Assembly: GCF_006345805.1 (NCBI RefSeq)
Contig: NC_043006.1
Location: 13,268,001 to 13,332,000 of the forward strand
Length of the DNA: 64,000 nt
Reading direction: 5' to 3'
Source of the DNA: Octopus sinensis
Lineage: Eukaryota
Part shown: piece after piece, positions 54,192 through 64,000 of the stretch
Numbering within the stretch: position 1 is the stretch's first letter
Layout: every line of letters starts with the position of its first letter
Notes under the pieces: model-generated
Database searches by the model: none
What the model was told of the DNA's origin: nothing
What the model saw: only the letters and a program-made list of their open reading frames with translations
Made by a program: the position numbers and the translations under genes

Positions 54192-54227
54192 CTTTAACGT
54201 TTCGAGCCTACGCTCTTCCACAGAAAG
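54192..54227 (-). ncRNA. Minimal hammerhead-like motif (A6U core, extra A)
   Basis: Minus strand: cuuu CUGUGGAA GAGC guag GCUC GAAA CGUU aaag. Confidence 0.58.
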
Positions 54228-54314
54228 GGACACAGAAAGAAACAAGGAGAGAAAATAAAAGAATGTGTAGAGGCTGGCGATCTATCATAGCGAATATATA
54301 TATATATATATAAT

Positions 54315-54595
54315 GTGGAGGTCCAATGGTTAGGGCAGCAGACTCGCGGTCGTAGGATCGCGGTTTCGATTCCCAGACCGGGAGTTTGTGAGTGTTTATT
54401 GAGCAAAAACACCTAAAAGCTCCATGATGCTCCAGCATGGGGTGGTGATCCCTGCTGTACTCTTTCACCACTCTTTCTTCTGTTGGCCTGCTCGCTTAGC
54501 CAGCGGGGTGGCATCATTCGAAGGCTAAAACAATGCGAAGTGCATTGTGATCAGCGATGTGTAACAACATCTGATGGTCTGGTCGGTCACGTGAT
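54315..54595 (+). mobile_element. SINE family C
   Basis: Matches 41232-41522. Confidence 0.85.
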
Positions 54596-54824
54596 ATATA
54601 TATATCTTAATAGGAGTTTAGAGGGACATACTATTTGGCTGGATACTGTGGTAGCTCTCAGTTATATTCCGGGTTACAGCTAATGACATCAATTAGTATT
54701 TAACATCTATGGCTACCAAGAGTTGTCACTCAGGTGTGAATTCTTGTGATGGGTAATTCTGTGTTCACTTCACTGGATTTTGAGGATGTGTCCGTCTCCA
54801 TATTCTCTATCATTATATTACTCG

Positions 54825-55032
54825 TTTTCTCTTTTACTTGTTTCAGTCATTTGACTGCGGCCATGCTGGAGCACCGCCTTTAGTCGAGCAACTCAACCCC
54901 GGGACTTATTCTTTTTGTAAGCTCAGTACTTATTCTATCGGTCTCTTTTTGCCGAACCGCTAAGTGACGGGGACGTAAACACACCAGCATTGGTTGTCAA
55001 GCAATGCAAGGAGAACAAATACAGACACACAA

Positions 55033-55063
<31 letters not shown>

Positions 55064-55217
55064 CATATATACGACAGGCTTCTTTCAGTTTCCGTCTACC
55101 AAATCCACTCACAAGGCATTGGTCGGCCCGGGGCTATAGCAGAAGACACTTGAGACTGAACCCGGAACCATGTGGTTGGTTAGCAAGCTACTTACCACAC
55201 AGCCACTCCTGCGCCTA
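54825..55217 (-). mobile_element. SINE family B
   Basis: Near-complete reverse copy. Confidence 0.88.
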
Positions 55218-55399
55218 TATATATATGGATTCAGAGTAAATTTGATTACATTTTGTCTCCTTTTTTTTTTCTCAGTAACAGCTTGATGTACTGGTGAAGA
55301 GTCAACAGCATTGGAGAGCATAAAGACTAAAGTTGTAGATGAGACACATTTAGCTGACACGGAGGATTGAAAGCCTTCTGAATATTGAGAAAGAGTTAC

Positions 55400-56250
55400 C
55401 CAGATCATGATGATTTGTGCCAGGTATCAAAAGGCCAACACAATGACTGCTGTTCAATGTTCTGTGAACACTGTAAAGGCTATAAGACATGACACAGACA
55501 TCATGAAAACCAAGTCCTCCCAAACTGTGTTGGTCTTTAGGTGTGACTCCAGTGAGGGTGACATTATGCTACCCAACATCTTTGAACAGGGCTTTAGGCT
55601 CAATTCAGACAACTATGTAAAGCTGCTGAAGACTGTGGTCAAACCGTGACTAGAGACGGTTGTGGCTGGAAGGCCATATGTGTGGCAACAGGACTGGGCA
55701 CCTTGCCAAATCTCAAGAAAGAGTCAATTCCAATTTCTGACCTCCTATTCCCCCAGTTGTAATCCCATAGATTACTATGAGTGGAGAGTGGTTGAGAAAG
55801 ACACCAACTGCTATGCCTGCTACACCAAGGCTGACCTGGTGGCCAAGATCAAAGAGGTCTTCAAAGATCTCCCCAGGGACACAGTGAGGAATGCATGCAC
55901 CAGGTTCCAGAGCCCTCCTGAGGACATATAACAAACAAATATCAAGACATATACAAACATAGAACTTCACTCAAAATAGCTGGCTGTTGTGGAGGACACT
56001 CCCGAGTGAGAGAAGTAGGCTGTTCCACTACAAATAAATCACATTCTGTCGGTTACGACGACATGGGTCTCAGCTGATACGATCAACGGGTTCCAGAGCC
56101 CTCTTGAGGACATGGTGGAAGTTGAGGAAGGCTACTTTGAGTAAACTTATCTCCCAACCATAATCTGGCTGATATTTTTTGATTTTTAAAAAGTATCTTT
56201 ATTTTTCAATAGAATATCAGGTTTTCTTTTCCTTATATACAAACTGTCAA
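55400..56250 (+). mobile_element. Tc1/mariner maT (DD37D-like) transposase relic with internal insertion
   Basis: MKTK..QTVLVF..SSEGDIMLP.IF..GFRLNSD.YVKLL.TVVKP, YVWQQDWAPC, SPSCNPIDY..W, NACTRFQS...VEVEEGYFE*. Confidence 0.85.
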
Positions 56251-56764
56251 ATATATATATATATATATAAGTCCGAGCATGATCGTTGCCAGAGCGGCTA
56301 TCTGGCCTCTGTTCGAGTGAGGTCATTGCCAGTACCGCCTGACTAGCCCCATGTAAAAGCACCCACTACACTCCTGGAGTGGTTGGTGTTAGGAAGGGCA
56401 TCCAGCTGTAGAAACTCTGCCAGATCAAGATTGAAGCCTGGTGCAGCCATCTGGTTAACCAGCCCTCAGTCAAAATCGACCAACCCATGCTAGCATGGAA
56501 AGCGGACGTTAAACGATGACGAACCAAAAGTACACAAATTTAAAGTATTTTGTAATATGAATAATATTATTATTATTAACAGATCCTTAACCAAAACCAA
56601 TGTGTCCATACAGCTTGAGGGGTTATCTTTGTTTAATTCCAAGCCAATCAACTCTAATGAGACAAACCTTATGATATAAGGCATTTAAGGCTATGACTAC
56701 CACATCTATTTTATTTTGGAAATTGTGTACTCCACACTTTATCATTCAATATGTCTTTTGTTGA

Positions 56765-57140
56765 AGGGTGATGAGCTGGCAGAATCATTAGCGGTATTTC
56801 ATCTGTCTTTACATTCTGAGTTCAAATCTGCCGAGGTTCACTTTGCCTTTCATCATTTCAGGGTTGATTAAATAAGAACCAGTTATGCACTGGGGTCGAT
56901 ATAATCGACTTAATACCTGTGTCTGTCTTTGTTTGTCCTCTCTGCGTTTAGCCCCTTGTGGGTAGTAAAGAAATAGGTATTTCGTCTGTCTTGAAGTTCT
57001 GAGTTCAAATTCCGCCGAGGTTCACTTTGCCTTTCATCCTTTCAAGGTCAATAAATTAAGTACCAGTTGCATACTGGGGTCGATCTAATCGACTGTTCCC
57101 CCTCCCCAAAAATTTCGGGCCTTGTGCCTAGAGTAGAAAA
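56765..57140 (+). mobile_element. SINE family A dimer
   Basis: Contains the junction aaagaaatag|gtatttcgtctg at about 56975. Confidence 0.85.
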
Positions 57141-57921
57141 GAATATATCTTTTGTTGAGATGGCATGGTGTGATTTGCTATTTCTAGCAAACCACCTCTA
57201 AGTTTAATATTGATCACAAAAGGGTAACACAAGAAGAACGAAGTTTAACAAATACAATATTAGCTTAACATTTAAATGAATGGTGAATGTTAAGCTTATA
57301 CTATATTTCTTTCTTTGTCCTGCGGCCTTTTTTTTTTGGCACTCATTATATTTACACCACGTATTTAACACTTAAGTGAACTTCCTCTGGTTCTAATCTC
57401 AAAACTCCAACTTTGAACTTAATATAACATATCAGTTGAATCACTTGGGCACAGGCATGGCTGTGTGGCAGAGTGGTTTGCTTCCCAACCATATGGCATC
57501 TTCAACAAGTGACTTCTATTACAACCCCAGGCCAGCCAAAACCCTGTGATAAGATTTAGTGAAAAGAAACTAAAAGAAGTCTGTTATATATGTATACACA
57601 TGTGTATCACATGATGACACACACATCACAACATTGAAATCTCAAAACTACCAGATAAGGTATGATAAATTCAAAGCAATCATTATCATTTAGCATCTGC
57701 TTGCCATGCTGGCATGGGCTACACAGTTTGACTGGAATTGGTAAGCAGGAGAGCTGTACCAGATTCCAGTCTGATTTGGCTTGGTTTCCATGCCTGGATG
57801 CTATTCTTAATGCCAACAACTCCAAGAATGTAGTGAGTGCCTTTCACATAACATTGGCACAGGTGCTTTTATGCATCACCAGCATGAGTGCTTTTACAAG
57901 TCATCAGCAAAGGCTTAAGTG

Positions 57922-57993
57922 TTCCCATGATGGGAATCAAACCCAGGCCACCTGGGTGAAAGCCAGGAATTCTAACCACTGGACCAACATGAA
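57922..57993 (-). pseudogene. tRNA-Glu(TTC)-derived pseudogene
   Basis: ttcatgttggtccagtggttagaattcctggcTTTCAcccaggtggcctgggtttgattcccatcatgggaa is 72 nt and collinear with eukaryotic tRNA-Glu. The anticodon arm is intact; the acceptor stem and T-loop are mutated. Confidence 0.8.
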
Positions 57994-58084
57994 TAAATAA
58001 GCATTATATTAAACAGACTAACCTGAATGCTAAATGGTTATGATGATGAGCCTTTTACTACCTTTTAACGTTAATCTCTGGTTG

Positions 58085-58345
58085 TGAAGGTGCATGGCCC
58101 AGTAGTTAGAGTGTCAGAATCACAATCATGAGGTAGTGAGTTCAATTCACAGACCTGGCTGCGTGTTGTGTTCTTGAGCAAGACACTTTATTTCCCGTTG
58201 CTACAGTTCACTCAGCTGTAGAAATGAGTTGCGATGTCACAGGTGCCAAGCTGTATCGGCCTCTTTGCCTTTCCCTTGGATAACACTGGTGGCATGGTGG
58301 AGGAAGGGTGGTATGCATGGGCGACTGCTGGTCTTCCATAAACAG
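58085..58345 (+). mobile_element. SINE with family E head and a different tail
   Basis: gtgaaggtgcatggcccagtagttag...tcttgagcaagacact..ttcactcagctg. Confidence 0.7.
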
Positions 58346-59675
58346 CCTTGCCTCTCATATAAAACCACTGCCCTCTCTACTAAGCCACTTCTCGGTCAAG
58401 GTGTTCTTTTATTCGAGTTGTGAGCTATTTGGCAATCTCACTAGTGTCATTTTCACACAAAAAAACAAGATACCCAGTACACTCAGTAAAGTTATTGGCA
58501 CTAGGGAAGAGCATCCAGCCTATTAAGCCATTTAGCTCACGCCGACATGAAAAATGGGTGCTTGATAATGACCATGATGATGATGATGTAAGGCAGGGAA
58601 TTGGAGGAGTCATTACAAAACCTGGGCAACCTTCCTTGTAGTATTTCTTCCAGCTCACTCCATTCTGAGTTCAAATTTCATTGAGATTGGCTTTGTTTTT
58701 CCATTGCTCCAAGGTGGATAAAATAAAGTAGCAGTCAAGATTTCACATTTTAAAAGAAGAATTAGAGGTGGTGGGGACAATCAGTTATATTACAACCAGA
58801 GCCTGCAGTTATTTGACGGGTACATGTATTTTATCGACTCTGGAAGGTTGAATAGTAGCCAACATTAAGAGGATATGAAGTCAGACTGTAAAGGGACATA
58901 ACTAAAGGCTTTCTCTTCAGCTACAGACAATTAACTGCCTTGGAAGTGAGTAATAATGAATATATATAATGGCACAGACATGTCTGCAGGAGTTAGGGTT
59001 TCCAATCACATGGTTTCAGGTTCAGGTCTATTGTATATGGCAGGTGGGGCTAGTATCTCCTACTATAAACTCAGGCCAGCCAAAACTTGGTGAGTGGATA
59101 TGGCAGATGGAAACTGAAAGAAACCTATATATGTATGTATACACACACAGACACTATATAAGTATATATATGTGTATATGTATATATGTGTGTGTGTATA
59201 TATATGTATGTATATATATATATATATATATGTATGTGTATATATATGTATGTATATATATATATGTATGTGTATATATTCATATATATATATATATGTA
59301 TGTGTATGCCAGATCTGACTGGGCCTGATGAAGCCTTCCAGCTTCACAGACCCCAGTTGAACCGTCCAACCCATGCTAGCATGGAGAACGGATGCTAAAT
59401 GATGATGATGATATATATTACACACACACATGAATGTATGTATGTATGTGTGTGTGTGTGTGTGTGTATGTTTCATTAAATGACTGCATTCAAAGTTGTT
59501 AATTTCTGTTTTTTTTTATTTAGACTTTATATGTTTTCTTATTAGATTTTGTAGTTAGTTTGGAGCAATAAATCTAACATATATTATAATTTTCCAAATC
59601 TCAGTCATATTTTCAAGGTCTGAATATATTTACCATGTGTAGTTACTTAAATACACATACACATGTATGTATGCA

Positions 59676-59721
<46 letters not shown>

Positions 59722-59735
59722 TACACATACACACA

Positions 59736-60850
59736 CACGAGGTCTGGTCAATAAGTATCAAGACTGTTGCCATAGTAATGAAGCTAAAGCACGCAGAAAG
59801 AAGCCACTTGGCACAGGTTGACCTTGAACACTGCAGTGCATGCACACTAAGTTTTAATGATCTAGCTCACTTCGGCTGTTTACAGCAGTGCTTGGAAGGA
59901 AGAGGTGTAGTGTGTGATAGTCACATTGGCTATGACAGAGAAAGTTGCCATGGCAATATCTCCTCAGAGTCCAATGCAAAGTTGCAGAAAGTGTATGGAG
60001 AGGATTGTATGAGTCGCATACAAGTGCACAAGTGGCTCAGAGCTTCCGAGATGGCCGAAAAATGTCGATATTAACAAACACTCTGGGAGACCCTGCAACC
60101 AGCAGAACTGAGAAAAACATCGCAGATATGCACGCAATTGTGAGGCGAAATCATCGAATCACTATCCATAAGTTATCGGAGGATGTACAGATTAATTGCA
60201 GTTCAGTTTAGTCCATTACCACTGAAGATTTGGGTATGAGACATATGTCTGCCAAGTTTGTGGCAAAAATGCTTTTAGCTGCACAAGATCTATTTGATTA
60301 CTCTTATACTTGTTTCAGTCATTTGACTGTGGCCATGCTGGAGCACCACTTTTAGTCGAACAAATCGACCCCAGGACTTATTCTTTGTAAACCTAGTACT
60401 TAATCTATCAGGCTCTTTTGCCGAACTGCTAATTTACGGGGACGTAAACACACCAGCATCAGTTGTCAAGTGATGTTGGGTGGAGGGCAAACACAGGCAC
60501 ACAAACATACACACGTCTATATATACATATATACGTAGGGCTTCTTTCAGTTTCAGTCTACCAAATCCACTCACAAGGCTTTGGTTGGCCCGAGGCTATA
60601 GTAGAAGACACTTGCCCAAGGTGCTGCGCAGTGGGACTGAACCCAGCACTATGTGGCTCGTAAGCAAGCTACTTACCACACAGCCACTCCTATGCCTACG
60701 ATTGTGTCAAAAACAAAGAAAACTTTTAGAAAACATTGTGTAGGCCTCTTAGCAGGTATCGCTAAGCTTTTGGCAAAATTTAATGCAAATTCTCTGCTCA
60801 GTTTCCTCCGTTATGGTCAACACGATGATCACACGCTACACACCAACATT
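59736..60850 (+). mobile_element. Rearranged mariner relic interrupted by SINE family B (60300-60698)
   Basis: TIR-like cgaggtctggtcaataagt; KLQKVYGEDCMSR.QV.KW, RRNHRITI..LSE, EDLGMRHMSAKFV. An inverted copy of the 5' region (EQRICIKFCQKL) sits at 60730-60850. Confidence 0.8.
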
Positions 60851-61611
60851 GAAAGTGAAGTGTATGAATTGTCACCATCAAATAATTCATAATCATCCTC
60901 ATCATCGTTTAACGTCCGCTTTCCATGCTAGCATGGGTTGGACGATTTTGACTGAGGGCTAGCAAACCAGATGGCTGCACCAGGCTCCAATCTTGATCTG
61001 GCAGAGTTTCTACAGCTGGATGCCCTTTCCTAATGCCAACCTCTCCGAGAGTGTAGTGGGTACTTTTTACGTGCCCACTACACTCTCGGAATGGTTGGCA
61101 TCCGGCTGTAGAAACTCTGCCAGATCAAGATTGGGTAAATAATAATAATAATAATGATGGTTTCAAAATGTGTCACAAGGGCAGCAATTTTGAGAGAGGG
61201 AACGAGTCGATTACAACGACCCCAGTGTTCAACTGGAACTTATTTTATCGACCCCAAAAGGATGAGAGGCAAAGTCAGCCTTGGTGGAATCTGAACTCAG
61301 AACGTAAGGACATTTTGCCCAGCATGCTAATGATTCTGTCACCCCACTTCCTTAATAATAATAATAATAATAATCCTTTCTACTATAAGCATAAGGGACC
61401 TGGATTTCGCGGGAAGAAGGACAGCCAATCACATAGAGCCCCAGTACTCAACTGGTACTCAATTTATTGACACCCAAAGTTGACCTTAGTGGAATTTGAA
61501 CTCAGAACATAGGAACAGATAAAATACGGCTAAGCATTCCACCCAGCATGCTAATGATTCTGCCAGCTTGCCACCTCAATAATAATAATAATAATTAAAC
61601 AACCCTTATTC

Positions 61612-61860
61612 AGGGACCTTTTGAGCGGGATGGGCTACTCAACCTGAAGAAAATTCTAACTGGGCCCCACCTGCAAGGTCATGCGCTGTTTATCTTGATA
61701 TGAGATCACCATGTCGCACACACATGGTTGTGATGCATGTGCCTGGTGTACCCTTATCAGACGGGTAGTCATGATGGGTATATTGGGCTTCGTACATTTT
61801 ACGCCAGTGTCACTTTGATGGCATGCACTGCTCTCTCACTCAATAATAATAATAATAATT
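61612..61860 (+). mobile_element. Probable LINE 3' UTR fragment with (TAA)n tail
   Basis: GC-richer 230-bp block ending in (aat)n and lying between (aat)n runs. Family not identified. Confidence 0.4.
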
Positions 61861-61948
61861 GTTGATGTTGTAATTATAATTCAAATTACAGAAAATATAT
61901 ATTGTCTTCTCCTGCTCCCATTTTCTAATTAAATGAAAATAGTCTTAC

Positions 61949-62014
61949 TTCTAATTCTTCTTCCTCTTCTTCTTCTTCAGCTTCTGGCTCTTCTTCCGGC
62001 TCTTCCTCTGGCTC
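61949..62014 (-). CDS. UQCRH: Cytochrome b-c1 complex subunit 6, acidic exon (EPEEEPEEEPEAEEEEEEEELE)
   Basis: Poly-Glu N-terminal tract typical of the hinge protein; tttgtttcag acceptor, gtaaga donor; joins in frame to the 53474 exon. The start-codon exon lies outside the window. Confidence 0.9.
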
Positions 62015-62586
62015 CTGAAACAAAGTATATACATTCATATTATACATACAGTTATACATATATATATATATATACATTTTACATAAACATTTATATACAA
62101 ACAATCCTATATAAAAATCAACCCATGCCAGCATAGAAAGCAGATGTTACATGACAATGATGATACGTCTTTCATATTTATTTTTTCCATGCTTCAGCTG
62201 TTGGACTGTGGCCATGGTGGAGCACTCTCTTTTAACTGAACAAATCAGCCTCTTTTTTTTTTTTTTCAAGCGTTGTACTTATTCTATGTGTCTCTTTTGC
62301 TAAATTATTGAGTTACGGGGATGTAAACAAAGCAACACCAGCTGAGAAGCTGTAGGGAGAGAGACAAACGCAAACGACACACACACAAATATATATCTTT
62401 TATCTTTTACTTTGTTTCAGTCATTAGACTGTGGCCATGCTGGAGCACTGTCTTGAGGAGTTTTTAGTCAAATGAATCAACCCCAGGACTTATTTTTTAA
62501 AGCCTGCTAAGTTACGGGGATGTAAACAAACCAACGCCCATTGTCAAGCATTGGTGGAGAACATAGACACAAAAACACAGGCACAT

Positions 62587-62634
<48 letters not shown>

Positions 62635-63199
62635 TGCTGGTGGCATGTAAAAACCACCAACCGATCGTGGCCGTTGCCAGCTTCCCCTGGCACCTGTGCC
62701 GGTGGCACGTAAAAAGCACCCACTACACTCACGGAGTGGTTGGTGTTAGGAAGGGCATTCAGCTGTAGAAACACTGCCAGATCAGACTGGAGCCTGGTGC
62801 AGCCTTCTGGCTTCCCAGACCCGAGTCGAACTGTCCAACCCATTCTAGCATGGAAAACAGATGTTAAACGATGATGATGATATATATACATATATACAAC
62901 AGGCTTCTTTCAGTTTCTATCTACCAAATCCACTCACAAGGCTTTGTTCGGCCAGAGGCTATAGAAGGCACTTGCTCAAGATGCCACACAGTGGGACTGA
63001 ACCAGGAAACATGGGGTTAAGAAACATATGCAATATATATATCATCATTTAACATCCATTATCCATTCTGGCATAGTACATTGTGCCTAGAATGGGAATT
63101 TATCATTTTTGGTAGTTTCCCCCAGATGTTTAAAATGCATATTTTCTGGTTCTCTAATCTCAAGAGACTACAAAGCAAAAAAATCTGAGTTTAAAATAA

Positions 63200-64000
63200 T
63201 ACTAACAGCCTCTCTGTATAGGGCCTGTACAGCACTTATTAACCAATTGTCAATCCCCAGTTTCTGCATCACCCACCATATAAGGGATTGGAGGACCCTG
63301 TCAAAGGCTTTCTCCAAGTCCACAAAAGCTAAGTTTATCTTTGTCTAGGTATTTCTCCTGCAGTTGCCACACCAGGAATATAGCATCAGTGATGCTTTTA
63401 CTCGGTACAAAAACAAACTGCATCTCATCTAAGCAGACTCTGTCCTTAATGAGATAGGCTATGACCGTCTCTGTGACCTTCATCACCTGATCCAACATTT
63501 TAATACCCCTGTAGTTATTTCTGTCTAAAGCATCACCTTTACCCTTGTAGCAGTTGACTATGGTGCTGCTACACCAGTCATTGGGTATGACTCCTTCATG
63601 AACTACCTGGTTTAAAATGCGGGTGACTAGGCCATAGCCCACACCAACAGATGTTTTAAGCATCTCAGCAGTGATTCCTGATAGGCTGGGGGCTTTTCCT
63701 GGCTTCATACCCTTAATTGCTTTATCTACCAGGGAGCTGTCTATTTGGATAGCTGGTCCCTCTACTGGGTCAATATTTGGCAGGCTCTCCTCCACCCATT
63801 CATTCTCCACATTCAGCAGTCTTTCATAATGGATTCTCCAAGCCTCTTTCTTTTCAGAATCATTAAAAGCAAGTGCACCATCATCCATACGGACACATTT
63901 CTCTCCAATGACATCACGATTTTCTCTCACACACTGTCTTGCAATCTGAAATACTTCAGTTTGTTGGTCCTCACATCACTGAACATTGGCAAACTTTTCC
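63200..64000 (-). mobile_element. RTE-type LINE RT fragment (runs off the window)
   Basis: ORF 63301-63930: AWRIHYERLLN, MKPGKAPSLSGITAEML, IPNDW, YKGKGDALDRNNYRGIKML, EMQF.F, TDAIF, then FVDLEKAFD after a frameshift. Confidence 0.92.

Noticed and set aside
125-60698. SINE heads as functional tRNA genes
   Set aside because: A/B boxes are present but there is no complete cloverleaf, and each head runs into a SINE body.
836-62891. The many YIYI/VCVC/HTHT ORFs in the track
   Set aside because: They are translations of (TA)n, (TG)n and (TATG)n microsatellites.

Overview
Eukaryotic, repeat-dense genomic DNA. The SINE families and the heavy (TA)n/(TG)n/(GTA)n load look like an octopod cephalopod (inference). 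The only recognisable host gene is UQCRH (cytochrome b-c1 hinge subunit 6) on the minus strand: three coding exons at 62014-61949, 53474-53316 and 47714-47682, with the first exon beyond the window end. The rest is mostly mobile DNA: at least five SINE families, decayed LINEs (CR1-like, two RTE-type lineages), a decayed Penelope-like (Naiad-type) RT/GIY-YIG element, mariner/maT/rosa/Merlin transposase relics, non-autonomous Helitrons, a fold-back MITE with an 8-bp TSD, and a tRNA-Glu pseudogene. Most ORF-track entries are microsatellite or SINE artefacts. The most interesting unannotated layer is nine minimal type-I hammerhead-ribozyme-like motifs in short Penelope-type, (TA)n-associated elements. 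Several have variant cores (U3-A8, U3-G8, a recurrent A6U with an extra A, U-U at the base of stem II). Two lie 229 nt apart in the sense orientation inside a UQCRH intron. All motifs were found by eye and none has been tested; repeat boundaries are approximate.
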